Virus record (IMG/VR): IMGVR_UViG_3300011260_000073
Coordinates: 1,749-65,748 of that record
Direction: 5' to 3' (one strand)
DNA length: 64,000 nt
Source: a virus
Lineage: Duplodnaviria > Caudoviricetes
Below are positions 20,263 through 29,975 of this stretch, one piece after another. The notes below the pieces were generated by a model. The model did not search any database. It was given only the letters and a program-made list of their open reading frames with translations, and was not told the origin of the DNA. A program made the position numbers and the translations under genes. Each line of letters opens with the position of its first letter. Positions within the stretch are counted from its first letter, which is position 1.

Positions 20263-20661
20263 TTAGTTATTCTCGTTAGCTCGGTCGTCGATAACGTACT
20301 CAAGCTCAAGGTAACCAGCACCCTGAGAAGGAGCAGCACCGGCACCAGTCCATTCAAGGTCTACACTATCTGGAGCAGTGTAAATCTTTTCAGTTCCGGT
20401 TAGCGCGAAACGGCCAGCAGCAGACTTAACGTCCTGACTTGCCAGGAACCGAGCGACGGCATCGCCGTCACCTACTTCGATGGCATCTGTAGTGGCTGAG
20501 TTAAACGCAGTTGTGATGACGAGAGCGCCACCGGTAACAACTGCACCGACCGGAAGGTCAATGGCTTCTTCGGCCACACCTGACGCACCGAAACTTGCGT
20601 AAGTAAAATCTACGCGAGCAACAAGTGGGTACTGGCGACCAATATCTTTAGTAATAGACAT
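20263..20661 (-). CDS. capsid decoration / cement protein
   Basis: 132 aa beta-rich, LPVGAVV.GG.L.ITTAFN motif, directly after the MCP. Confidence 0.65.
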   Translation of the reverse strand: MSITKDIGRQYPLVARVDFTYASFGASGVAEEAIDLPVGAVVTGGALVITTAFNSATTDAIEVGDGDAVARFLASQDVKSAAGRFALTGTEKIYTAPDSVDLEWTGAGAAPSQGAGYLELEYVIDDRANENN

Positions 20662-20688
20662 AATAGTTCTCCTGAATTTATCTAGTGG

Positions 20689-20714
20689 CCTGAGCCCTTT
20701 TCACAGGGCTCAGG
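20689..20714. promoter_or_regulatory. intergenic hairpin between MCP and decoration gene
   Basis: CCTGAGCCCT-TTTCAC-AGGGCTCAGG; shares the TGAGCCC/GGGCTCA stem core with the 20218 hairpin; no U-tract. Confidence 0.5.
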
Positions 20715-20735
20715 ACTATTGGTTTAGACCAAAGG

Positions 20736-21854
20736 TTAGACTGCGGTGTCGATACACAGGATGCCGAAGTCTTCGTCTGTGTCCGTAATCTGCGAACGGT
20801 AGACTGGCTTCTTCATACCCATGATTTTACCGACGCTGATACCTGGCTGGTTGTCGTAGTCGAAAGCTTTCTCGACCCAATCAGCCTTGCCAATATCTGC
20901 GAAGCCCATTGCCTGAGCACCACAGAACAGAACACGCTGACCATCAACAGTGTTAGACGCGCCCCACTTGGAACCAGAGGCGAGGCCCTTAGTGTTGTAC
21001 ACGTGGCGGTATTCATGAATAGCCATACCATCAACGTAGATAACACCTGCACCCTTGAACAGTGGGTGGTCTGGAGTACGAGGTAGAGACTCGCGCCAGT
21101 TCTTCAGGAAGTCCTGGTCCTGCTTCAGCTTGGCAATACCATCAGCAGTCATGAATACGTTGTAAACTTCTACACCGCCATCCATACGCATTGGCTTGAT
21201 ATAACTGTTATGCGCCTGAGCCTTGGCTTCAACCAACATCGCCCATGTAGCATAGTCGCCGGTACCGATGGCACCATTAACCAGAACATCATGGTTAAGA
21301 GCACTCAGGCCGTTCGCAGCATCCCACTGGAAAATACGATTAGCTGTCGGCGCGGTAACGGCAGCAACAAATGCGAGAGCAGGGAAGTCTGAACCGACAC
21401 GAGTAGCGCCACGGTTAGTCAGGGAGTAGGAGACACCAGACATGGTAAGGAAGGCCAGCTGGTCCATACGGTCGGCCACCAAATAAGCCAGCACGTCATT
21501 AGATTCCTTGCGGAACTTAATGACACGACGCTGTTCAGCCATCTTACCTTCATGACGGTTAGCGTGGCGTAACTGGTCAAGCTGAATGACTTGGTCGTAT
21601 GACTTCATCTGTTCTTCGTTGCCTTCCAGAGTACGGTCGCCGGCTACACCGTCGCCTTCAAGGTCAGCAACAAGGGTCATTACAGCTCGAGCACCCTTCT
21701 TGGTCTTTGTGAGCTCAGTAATTCGTTGAATCATTGCGCTCGGGCCATCGCCCATGAATTTGTGAAGGAACTGAGCGTTACGCGCAGCTTTCCACACATC
21801 CATTGACCACATGGTCAATTCTTCGTTTGTAAGGTTTCCGAAATTAGTTAGCAT
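20736..21854 (-). CDS. major capsid protein (N4-gp56 / DUF4043-like)
   Basis: 372 aa; GDGVAGDRTLEGNEE, IQLDQLRH, LFCGAQA, DYDNQPGISVGKIMG, DFG motifs; AAGGAGG SD. Confidence 0.88.
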   Translation of the reverse strand: MLTNFGNLTNEELTMWSMDVWKAARNAQFLHKFMGDGPSAMIQRITELTKTKKGARAVMTLVADLEGDGVAGDRTLEGNEEQMKSYDQVIQLDQLRHANRHEGKMAEQRRVIKFRKESNDVLAYLVADRMDQLAFLTMSGVSYSLTNRGATRVGSDFPALAFVAAVTAPTANRIFQWDAANGLSALNHDVLVNGAIGTGDYATWAMLVEAKAQAHNSYIKPMRMDGGVEVYNVFMTADGIAKLKQDQDFLKNWRESLPRTPDHPLFKGAGVIYVDGMAIHEYRHVYNTKGLASGSKWGASNTVDGQRVLFCGAQAMGFADIGKADWVEKAFDYDNQPGISVGKIMGMKKPVYRSQITDTDEDFGILCIDTAV

Positions 21855-21989
21855 GGCACTAACCTCCTTGGTTTTAAGAAAAAGTAAAAATCCGTTTTTA
21901 CTGAACTAACGTGCCAGCACCGAAACTCGACATTAAGAGGTCGGACTCTTTGTTGGCCTATCGCGCCAACTTCTCGGAATATGTCAATA

Positions 21990-22943
21990 TTAGACCGTTA
22001 CCTCGTCCCCGCGCAAGTTAGAAATCTGTTCATCGGTCAGATTGTCGAATTCTTTCTCGGACAACTGCATTGGGTCGATGCCCTTATTCATGCCGTTGTT
22101 GCCATTATCCGCACCGCCCATCTTGCCGGGCTGCTTGTTATGGGTTTCGAGATTCTTGTCGACATTGGTCTGTCGTGGCTTGGCACCGTCTGCTGCAGGA
22201 GCTGCACCTAGCAGTACACTAGCCGCTTTTGATAACGCCTCAGCAGGAGCGTAGCCAATAGCTTCATAACCCGATTTCATCTCTGCCATCTCGGTATCAA
22301 GCGCAGCATCATAGGTTGGAGAATCAGGGTCAATAACTGGGAAGTCTTTCTCGTAGCTAGACAGCAAAGTACCGGCGGCAACTGCGTTTTGCGTCTTTGT
22401 GGAAGCCGCAGCAGTTTTCTCATCAACGTATGCCTGGTTAATCTGTCGCTCTACTTTGCGCATGTCCTGACGAATTGCTCGAGCCTCGGCTGTAGTACCA
22501 TCAGCAATAGCTGCATCGAGCTTATCGTCGAGAGCTTCGAGCTGTGTTTCCAGAGCACCGACACCACCTTCATCAGCCTTGGCAGCAGCACCGCCAGCGC
22601 CTTTTAAAGCCGCAAGTTCGTCTTCTGCAACAATACGAGCATCGCGTTCACGGTTGGCGCGCTGCGTTGCGGCATCCATCCGCGCCTTTGGCACGTGATA
22701 ATTCTTTTCTTCGCCTTTACCATCATCACCTGCAGCGGCAGTTTTAGCAGCATCATCATCACCTGCAGCAGCAGCGACGGCAGCATCGTCGCCTGCAGCA
22801 GCGGCCTTGGCAGCATCGTCATCACCTGCAGCGGCAGCAGCGGCAGCGGCATCGTCATCACCTGCGCCACCGAGGTCATTACCCGCACCATCAGTTTCGT
22901 CCATGTATCCGCTGCGTGCCAATAAGTTCATCCATTTGTTCAT
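21990..22943 (-). CDS. capsid scaffolding protein
   Basis: Acidic Ala-rich coiled coil upstream of the MCP; VPKARMD; C-terminal LSEKEFDNL...LRGD. Confidence 0.75.
   Translation of the reverse strand: MNKWMNLLARSGYMDETDGAGNDLGGAGDDDAAAAAAAAGDDDAAKAAAAGDDAAVAAAAGDDDAAKTAAAGDDGKGEEKNYHVPKARMDAATQRANRERDARIVAEDELAALKGAGGAAAKADEGGVGALETQLEALDDKLDAAIADGTTAEARAIRQDMRKVERQINQAYVDEKTAAASTKTQNAVAAGTLLSSYEKDFPVIDPDSPTYDAALDTEMAEMKSGYEAIGYAPAEALSKAASVLLGAAPAADGAKPRQTNVDKNLETHNKQPGKMGGADNGNNGMNKGIDPMQLSEKEFDNLTDEQISNLRGDEVTV
22720..22870 (-). repeat. imperfect tandem repeat encoding (A)nGDD(D) units in the scaffold gene
   Basis: About five copies of CRTCRCCTGC(AGC) on the plus strand; protein AGDDDAAAAAAAAGDDDAAKAAAAGDD... 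Confidence 0.7.
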
Positions 22944-23032
22944 GTCGCTCTCCTAAAGAGGCCGGTATTGGCCAAGTCAAATTGTCAACGTACGTTATTA
23001 TAGAGCTACTTACCTACAATCCGCAAACAGCT

Positions 23033-23488
23033 CTATGTAAGGACTGGATTACTAGGCCATACTACAGAATAGTTCTCTGGGTCTGCTTCGGTTTGGAGGT
23101 CAACCTCCGCTTGGTCTATAGTTTGGTGTATGGCTTCAATATATTGCGCTTTGGCAACTATCACATCTAGTTCAGGGCCTCTATTTCCACCCCGTCTAGT
23201 CTGCTCATCTAACATAAGCAGAGCATTCATCTGTATTCGCATTTTCTGACGCTCGTCACCTACTTCAGAATCTACTAGAGCATATCCGTTCTCACGTATT
23301 TCTTGTAAGCGAGCACTCCTTGCATAATCTAAATCTACGATAGCAGATAGTGCAATAGCTTCCACCAAAGTCTGCCCTATTGCTGCATGGCTTGGAGCAA
23401 CCACATAATCGGGAGCATCTTCTGCTTTATCGACGACAATCAAATTCTCAATGACACCATTAATATCTAGTTTTGCAACTATCATCAC
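23033..23488 (-). CDS. fibre-associated / assembly protein
   Basis: NGVIENLIVVD start, follows the Gly-rich fibre, C-terminal VVWP typical of fibre assembly proteins. Confidence 0.55.
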   Translation of the reverse strand: MMIVAKLDINGVIENLIVVDKAEDAPDYVVAPSHAAIGQTLVEAIALSAIVDLDYARSARLQEIRENGYALVDSEVGDERQKMRIQMNALLMLDEQTRRGGNRGPELDVIVAKAQYIEAIHQTIDQAEVDLQTEADPENYSVVWPSNPVLT

Positions 23489-24735
23489 ACTATCTCCAAT
23501 ATGTATATCTTGGCAATCTGGCCAGCCCTACCGCCATTCGCTGGTGCACTAATTGACCCGGTAGTACCAACATCGGGATGCTGTTGTCCTGTGTGCATAC
23601 CACCGTGAGCACCCGCACCACCACCTGTATTGGTGCCATCGTTACCGGCATCAAAGGCCAGTGTACTTGGTGCGAATAAATCTGTGGGTAATACTATTAC
23701 GCCAGTATCCTCGGCTGTTGCCGCTGCGCCACCGGTTGTGCCAGAAGCGTTATTGCCGCCAGTGCCGCCGCCGCCGCCGCCAATCCCACCACCAGAATCG
23801 CCGCCGTTACCGCCATTTCCTGCGCGACTACCAGCACCGCCGCCGCCACCCGGTTCATCAACTCCATCACCGCCACCGCCGCCATCTGCATTATAATCGC
23901 CACCACTACCTATTCCACCAGTAGCGGCGCCGGTTGTGGAAGTGGTACCTGGCGAACCTGTTATAGATATTTCAGCAGTGCCAAATGTTGTAGTACCACC
24001 ATTACCTCCAGCAGAAGACCCAGCAGCACCTATCGCATAGGCATAAGAAGCAGCTGGTGAAGAGTAATACTTTTCTGAATAACCCGGACCCCCAGGGCCA
24101 CCATCAAGAAACCCTAATATACCGCCAGTTGCACCGTGAGCAAACACATATAATTCTGTAACATCAGAAGGCACCGTATAAAGGGTGCCAGCCGGAAGCT
24201 GAAAGAACCTTGCGACCGTACCGCCACCAGCAGCAAGAGCGGCAATGGCCTGAGCTACACGCAGAGCGTTCCAAGTTCGAGGGTCGGTTGCTATGCCCGC
24301 TTCTGCATCTGCTTGAGAGACAACAACTGTGGGGGTGTCTGCATCGAACGCTTGTACATCACTACCAATAGCCAATCCAAGTGCAGTACGAGCGCCACTG
24401 GCAGTAGCAGCATTAGTGCCCCCATTAGCAACAGGAAGGATGCCTGTTACATGACTAGTAAGGTTGATTAAGGCGCGAGTAATAACTTGGCCAATTATCG
24501 TTATATAGTTAGGCGTTCCTGCCAGCGTTACGTCACCAGTATTAGTACCAGTAATGCCATCTAACTTAGTGCCATCAGTAGCTACGTCTCGGCCATCAAC
24601 AGTACCTGAGACAACAATGCTCCCTGTCACATCAATGGGACAAGGGAACGTGGCAGTATCCCCCGCCTGCAATTCCCCTGTGGCAATAACATCGGATGCG
24701 GCATATATACTTTTTACTACTTTTACAGCTGCCAT
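23485..24735 (-). CDS. fibre protein with glycine-rich C-terminal domain
   Basis: GTVDGRDVATDGTKLDGI, LPVANGGT.A..A..ARTALGL, YTVPSDVT and GGGGG-rich domain. Confidence 0.75.
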   Translation of the reverse strand: MAAVKVVKSIYAASDVIATGELQAGDTATFPCPIDVTGSIVVSGTVDGRDVATDGTKLDGITGTNTGDVTLAGTPNYITIIGQVITRALINLTSHVTGILPVANGGTNAATASGARTALGLAIGSDVQAFDADTPTVVVSQADAEAGIATDPRTWNALRVAQAIAALAAGGGTVARFFQLPAGTLYTVPSDVTELYVFAHGATGGILGFLDGGPGGPGYSEKYYSSPAASYAYAIGAAGSSAGGNGGTTTFGTAEISITGSPGTTSTTGAATGGIGSGGDYNADGGGGGDGVDEPGGGGGAGSRAGNGGNGGDSGGGIGGGGGGTGGNNASGTTGGAAATAEDTGVIVLPTDLFAPSTLAFDAGNDGTNTGGGAGAHGGMHTGQQHPDVGTTGSISAPANGGRAGQIAKIYILEIV

Positions 24736-24736
24736 A

Positions 24737-25027
24737 TTAAGTCACCAGTAGTATGTTGTCTTGCGAGCCATCTTCTTTATAAAACGGCATCTCGGTATCT
24801 CCAGACACAAGAGCAATAGTGTCCTGTGTACCGTCTTCTTTGTAGAACGGTATCGTCCCTACTGAACCACCGCCAGCACCTATTTCAACAACGGATTCAG
24901 CGCCGTCGTCTTTCTTTATATAAACTTTGCCGTCACTTGTGTTGATAGCGAATTCACCTAAAGATAAATCCCCAACAGCTGGGACGGCCGAAGCAGTAGA
25001 GCTACGTTTGTGGAGTATGTCACTCAT
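24737..25027 (-). CDS. short fibre adaptor protein
   Basis: N-terminal HKRSS..AVP..DL..GEFAINT.DGKVY; two PFYKEDGxQD repeats. Confidence 0.65.
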   Translation of the reverse strand: MSDILHKRSSTASAVPAVGDLSLGEFAINTSDGKVYIKKDDGAESVVEIGAGGGSVGTIPFYKEDGTQDTIALVSGDTEMPFYKEDGSQDNILLVT

Positions 25028-25033
25028 AAATTT

Positions 25034-26029
25034 TTAGTAAGCCCCGCCATCTATAGTACCGGTAGCTAAAGCCAATGGCGTAAGCGCTCGTGTATTATCT
25101 GTACCAGTTGTTAATTCAGCTGCTGTAGCTAACTCAACAACGCCTGATACGGTAGTAGAAGCGGCCAACTCATCACCTGTGTTAGTTCCAGATTGGCTAC
25201 CAAGCAGAGTCTGTTCAGCATCACTAAACTCGTTAGTATCTGCATTACTTTCATACTGAGTTTTGATTGACGCAGCAGTTAGGTTAGCCTGTACGATAGT
25301 CCAATCAGTAACAGCGGCTGCATCAACAGATGTTTCTTCAGCAATAAGAACATCGCCTACTTCAAGTGGTACTGTGAAGAATGTGCCAGCAACTGTAACA
25401 GTGTAAGTATCACCTACTACAATAGAAGGCGAGCCTGTGTCTAATGCTGGTGTATTTGTTGAAGCGTTGTAAGCGCCTTTATAGGACATGCCAGCAGTAA
25501 TCTGCGAGGCAACATATGCTTTAACAGATTGCTGAGTAGGTACTTTAGTATCAGAATCAGTCACCATAGTATCTTCGTCGATAACGAAGCCCATCAGCGC
25601 TGTACTCGTATCCGACTCCATGACTGCACCAGCGGCGGCTACATTAGTGGCATCAGTTACATCAGCGAGAGCTTCAATACCATCGACTTTACTTTGTAAG
25701 TCAGAACTGGCCAAACCAAGAGGTGAGATAGTACGAGCGTCGTCAGTACCGGTGTTAATTTCTGCGGCGGTTGCAATCTCCGCGACACCAACAACAGTTG
25801 TACTGGCAGCTGGCTCATCGCCTGTGTTGGTACCAGAAGTGTTGCCAAGGACTACTTTTTCAGCATCAGTGACCGGGTTAAAGGTAACGATGGATGGAGA
25901 GCCGTCATCCTTCTCGATGAATAGTTTGCCGTCCCAATCGTTAATAGCAAGCTCACCAGCAACCAGGTCACCAGTTGTTGGTACGGCTGTCGTAGTGGAA
26001 CTGCGTTTATGTAGTAGTGTAGTAGCCAT
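25034..26029 (-). CDS. fibre protein with T4-gp34-like repeats
   Basis: Same N-terminal KRSS/GELAIN motif; two ASTTVxGVxELATAAExxTGTD..R..(S/T)P repeats; ends DGGAY. Confidence 0.7.
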   Translation of the reverse strand: MATTLLHKRSSTTTAVPTTGDLVAGELAINDWDGKLFIEKDDGSPSIVTFNPVTDAEKVVLGNTSGTNTGDEPAASTTVVGVAEIATAAEINTGTDDARTISPLGLASSDLQSKVDGIEALADVTDATNVAAAGAVMESDTSTALMGFVIDEDTMVTDSDTKVPTQQSVKAYVASQITAGMSYKGAYNASTNTPALDTGSPSIVVGDTYTVTVAGTFFTVPLEVGDVLIAEETSVDAAAVTDWTIVQANLTAASIKTQYESNADTNEFSDAEQTLLGSQSGTNTGDELAASTTVSGVVELATAAELTTGTDNTRALTPLALATGTIDGGAY

Positions 26030-26040
26030 AATTGACCCTC

Positions 26041-27363
26041 CTAAAATGAACCACCATCAAGTATGGCGTTTGCCAGTGTGGCCGGTGTTATTGCCCGAAC
26101 CACATCAGCTCCGGCGTTTACTTCTCCTTGCGTAGCTAGTTCTAATATACCAGCTACTGCTTCAGTAGCTACATCTGGTATATCATCAATATCAACTACC
26201 ATCCGGTCTAGTCCAGATGGTAGGCCTATACGCAGTACAAAACCACTAGTTGGTTTCACCTGTGTCATTGTCCCGTTAGTACTTAAGTAAATCGGAGACC
26301 CGACAGACCAAGTCCACAGAGCGTTAGTAATCTCTCCTGAGTTTTGCACGGAGATAGCAACTCCTGTTGCCGCCGAAGTAAGAGCTATCCCTATAACGCG
26401 AACCTCGTCATCTGGAGTGGTGTTGTCTGCGTGGATGACAGCCCCTGTATTTTGTACTATAACTGCGTGGTACTGCATAACAATACCGCCAGTAGTTTTG
26501 GTAATAGCTGTGGCGGAAGGACCTTGTGGTCCTTCAAGCCCTTGCGGACCTTGCGGTCCATCATCTCCAATTTCGCCAACTTTTCCATCAGTTGTAAACT
26601 CTATACCAATATGTTCAATAGCTACTCTGGTCGGGTCAGAGGAAGAGGCTACTCGCTTAATTCGAATATGTATTGCCTCAACATCATCAGGTGCAATAAG
26701 TCCGGCCGGTATTGTAAGCGCACCGCCTACTGTCTCATAGGCTGTGACAGGTAAGGGTATATCCGTCATATACAGTATGTCGGATGGGACATCTAAGTTT
26801 GTGCCATGCACATCCGCCAAAAAATCTATTTGCCAAGTCACTGTCAAGCCAGCTTCAGATACTATAGGGAAGAAGCTGCCGGTAATCTGAGGGTCGACTG
26901 TGCGGTCTATACCAGCAGGTAAGACCCACTGCAAATACAACTCGTCGTCTACCCCAAAAGATTCTGCTAATGTGGCATCCCCAATAATAATAGTTTGTGT
27001 CTTGGTAGAGCCGATACCCTTGCCGACAAACTCAAGTTTCTCAATCTCGGTACTGATACCTGTTGGGGGGCCGGGTATACCTTCAGGGCCTTGTATACCA
27101 ACAGTAACAACTTCGACCTGTCGCTCATTAACTTCGACAATGGTTGGTGCGTCTTCGAGAGAAACCGTAACGGCATTATCAGGAGCGACTACAGTAACAG
27201 TTGATGGGTCAGCGATGATGGTAATTCCGCCATCAATGACTTCAACAGTCGGCCCCCCATCAACATAAATCTGAGGCTCGTCGTTAACAACCTCCACAGT
27301 ATGTTCTAGTGGAGTTACCTCTACATATGCAGGCACATCCTGAGAAAGTACTTCAGCACTCAC
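26041..27363 (-). CDS. fibre protein with collagen-like segments and cement-like domain
   Basis: GPQGPQGLEGPQGP; VIGIALTSA...SGEI..WTWSVGSPIYLSTNG domain; one gp34-like repeat; ends DGGSF. Confidence 0.65.
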   Translation of the reverse strand: MSAEVLSQDVPAYVEVTPLEHTVEVVNDEPQIYVDGGPTVEVIDGGITIIADPSTVTVVAPDNAVTVSLEDAPTIVEVNERQVEVVTVGIQGPEGIPGPPTGISTEIEKLEFVGKGIGSTKTQTIIIGDATLAESFGVDDELYLQWVLPAGIDRTVDPQITGSFFPIVSEAGLTVTWQIDFLADVHGTNLDVPSDILYMTDIPLPVTAYETVGGALTIPAGLIAPDDVEAIHIRIKRVASSSDPTRVAIEHIGIEFTTDGKVGEIGDDGPQGPQGLEGPQGPSATAITKTTGGIVMQYHAVIVQNTGAVIHADNTTPDDEVRVIGIALTSAATGVAISVQNSGEITNALWTWSVGSPIYLSTNGTMTQVKPTSGFVLRIGLPSGLDRMVVDIDDIPDVATEAVAGILELATQGEVNAGADVVRAITPATLANAILDGGSF

Positions 27364-27731
27364 CGAGTTACCTCAGTCCGTATTTTTACGCTACCCTCCA
27401 ACAAACGACTTGGGTATCCGCTTGGAGATATAAGCTCGAGGTCATAAACACCTTTCGTCCATGTAAATGCTTCTGTCACAGCCGAGGCAATAACTATTTG
27501 GATAGTACCGGCAACACCACCTAATACAATTCCGCCGTTTTCAGTAGTCAGGTCGACCAGCGCAGTCGCAGCATCCTTGGTTGCACGAATCTGCATCCGC
27601 GCTGTGTAACTAGTCAGGATGACAAGCTCTTTAGCTGAGTCTTTATAAGTAAGCACTGGGTCAAAGCGGGAACCTTGTTCTATGACAAGGTTCAGCTTAC
27701 CCGCTTTTTGAGATAATTCAGGCGTTGGCAT
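27360..27731 (-). CDS. Ig-like virion protein (fibre anchor-like)
   Basis: NLVIEQG..F, YTARMQIR, GVYDLEL, RLLEG.V...EVTR motifs common in phage structural modules. Confidence 0.65.
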   Translation of the reverse strand: MPTPELSQKAGKLNLVIEQGSRFDPVLTYKDSAKELVILTSYTARMQIRATKDAATALVDLTTENGGIVLGGVAGTIQIVIASAVTEAFTWTKGVYDLELISPSGYPSRLLEGSVKIRTEVTR

Positions 27732-29877
27732 TAGCAGTCTCCCGTGTCTTTTGCGCAGCAGCGTCGGCTTGCTCTGCAGCTTGTGCAGCCTGTGCGCGTT
27801 TAATCAATGATTCTTGTCGAGCGCGCTCGCGTGCAATCTCAAGCTCTGCGTCTACACGACGACGCTGCCCCTCGAGGTCAGCTTCCAAACGTCTAGCGGC
27901 GATAGCTTGGTCAGCCACGGCTTTATCTCTATTAAGTTGTATGTCTGCAGCGGCCTTCTGCGCAGCTGAGTTGTCGCCACCGCCCTCGATGTCGTTGTTC
28001 TCGATGTTCTGAGCGACCTCTTCGGCGCGCATAGCGATGAGCGCTGCGTCGGCCTGTGTCTTCTCGGCCTGTGCCTGCGTAAGAGCATTGTTGACCTGCT
28101 TCTCTTCAAGCTCGAGCTGAGCAATCTGCAGCTCGGTCTCGCTTGGCTCGATGCCGCCCTTGGCTTCCTTGAGCAGCTGAATGAGCTCTGCCTTGCGACC
28201 GATGTGGCTGCTCTCGACCAACCACTCATCAGGTATGCTGATACCCAGTTCCTTGAGCTGTACGGCTTCAGCGAACTGACTCTGCAAGTATGTGTCGCGT
28301 GTTGGTACGGTAGTAACGCGCACGCTGTACTCACCAAGGGTAAGGTCATTAAGCATTAAGCCTTCTGGAGTTTGCTGGTTCACAACCATGTCAGTCGTTT
28401 CATTACTTACGGAACTACCGGTGACCTGCAGCACGCGTTCTTCTATGTAATATGTCTGCACGAGATTCAGCACGCGGTTAGCCAGGATGTGGCGAGTACG
28501 TGCGATGTTATCCATAGGCTTAGCGAGGTTAACCGAACCGGCAGCTTGCTTGGCCTGAATGGCCTTGGCAGCAACGTCGGCACGGTCGAATCCGCGCTTG
28601 GAGTCAGAGACCCCAGAAATATTCTTCATGTTCTCTTCAGCGTTACGGGCGATGTTCTCAAGCCCGGTCGGTACGCTGTTAGGAGTAATCTTTTCGAGGT
28701 CGTTGACATCATCCAGCTCGAATACGACACCGGTCTCTGAGCCACGTTGCTCGAGTTCCTCAACGTCCATATTCTGTAGCGAACCAGACTTAAGCTTGTA
28801 GCCGGAGTTCGCCGTAGTGTTGACAACGTGCAGCTCCTGACTCGCAGCCTTGTTCAGCTGTTCCTGGGGAGACAGCAGGTTCTCGACCAGGCCGATAGTC
28901 TTGCCGCGCAGGAAGAATGGGAAGTATGGTACTACAGTGAAAAACTTGTACGGGCTCCACTCGTCATGTAACACGAGGTTGTCTACCGTGACGCGCCAGC
29001 GAATCTGTTCAACGATGCGCTCAATAATCTGCCAGCCGAACGAGGCCTGTGCGCTTTCGATGCGCTCTGGTTCCCAGTTGTCAGGTACCGGGCGTGTGTC
29101 GCCGGTCGTTGCATCTACGAAGTGCCGCGTTTTGCGCAGCTTTTTGAACTGGCGCTCGAGCACTCGGTACAGCCTACGGGTATTGTTTTTGTCCGGTTCC
29201 GCGTCGGGCGTATTAAAACGGGAAGCCCCTCCGAATCCAGTTGGACGAGCTTCGACGAAGTCGAAATTATACGTGAAGTCGTCTTCTCCTCGTTTCCGCA
29301 GTACGTCAGCATCCTTCTTGTTGTACTGGGTTTCAATCTCATCTGCGGTCATCCATTTTGTTACGAACACCTCTTTCCATTCATTAGGGTCATAACTTTC
29401 CGCATCCGGGTCGATGATGACGTTCTTTGGATTCAAATAGGATATGTCGACTTCGCCCTTCATATGGTCATCGAAGCCGATGCGGCAGTCGAAGAAACCA
29501 CGTCCGGTGATGAAGCCGTCATCAGCTACGTCACCTTCCAGCCAGTCCATATTGTTAGAGTAGGCAATCTGCATGTAGACCTTGGCCAGCGCCTCGGCGG
29601 TATCGTCGACACCGTTCTTAAATGGCAGGAAGGATACGTCGGCTTTGTTCTCGATGCGTTCGCCCATGACGGTTGCCATGGTTGCGAGGGTCAAGTTGAT
29701 AGTGAGGACAGGTTTGCCCTGTGCCTCGAGTTTCTTACGGATGTGTTCTTCCCACTGCAGGCCGCAGAAGAAGTCGTCACATTTCTTCGCCTTGGTTAGA
29801 TAGTCGGTATGGCCGTTGTCACGTGCGTACACGTACCGTTCGACATTCTCGCGTGACTTAGCTGTATCTACTGGCAT
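27718..29877 (-). CDS. portal protein (P22/N4-like)
   Basis: FFCGLQW...GKPVLTIN, GFITGRGF, GLVENLLSPQEQLNK motifs; long C-terminal coiled coil; near terL. Confidence 0.88.
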   Translation of the reverse strand: MPVDTAKSRENVERYVYARDNGHTDYLTKAKKCDDFFCGLQWEEHIRKKLEAQGKPVLTINLTLATMATVMGERIENKADVSFLPFKNGVDDTAEALAKVYMQIAYSNNMDWLEGDVADDGFITGRGFFDCRIGFDDHMKGEVDISYLNPKNVIIDPDAESYDPNEWKEVFVTKWMTADEIETQYNKKDADVLRKRGEDDFTYNFDFVEARPTGFGGASRFNTPDAEPDKNNTRRLYRVLERQFKKLRKTRHFVDATTGDTRPVPDNWEPERIESAQASFGWQIIERIVEQIRWRVTVDNLVLHDEWSPYKFFTVVPYFPFFLRGKTIGLVENLLSPQEQLNKAASQELHVVNTTANSGYKLKSGSLQNMDVEELEQRGSETGVVFELDDVNDLEKITPNSVPTGLENIARNAEENMKNISGVSDSKRGFDRADVAAKAIQAKQAAGSVNLAKPMDNIARTRHILANRVLNLVQTYYIEERVLQVTGSSVSNETTDMVVNQQTPEGLMLNDLTLGEYSVRVTTVPTRDTYLQSQFAEAVQLKELGISIPDEWLVESSHIGRKAELIQLLKEAKGGIEPSETELQIAQLELEEKQVNNALTQAQAEKTQADAALIAMRAEEVAQNIENNDIEGGGDNSAAQKAAADIQLNRDKAVADQAIAARRLEADLEGQRRRVDAELEIARERARQESLIKRAQAAQAAEQADAAAQKTRETANANA

Positions 29878-29975
29878 CCATGCAATCCTTGCGGGATACA
29901 CCCGACAGGTTATTTAATTAGGGTAGGCCATCCGTGGCCAGTTTCTCCCGTTCCTTCGGGAGCAGTGGCTTATCC

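Noticed and set aside
23033-27363. Diversity-generating retroelement acting on fibre genes
   Set aside because: No reverse transcriptase and no template/variable repeat pair seen
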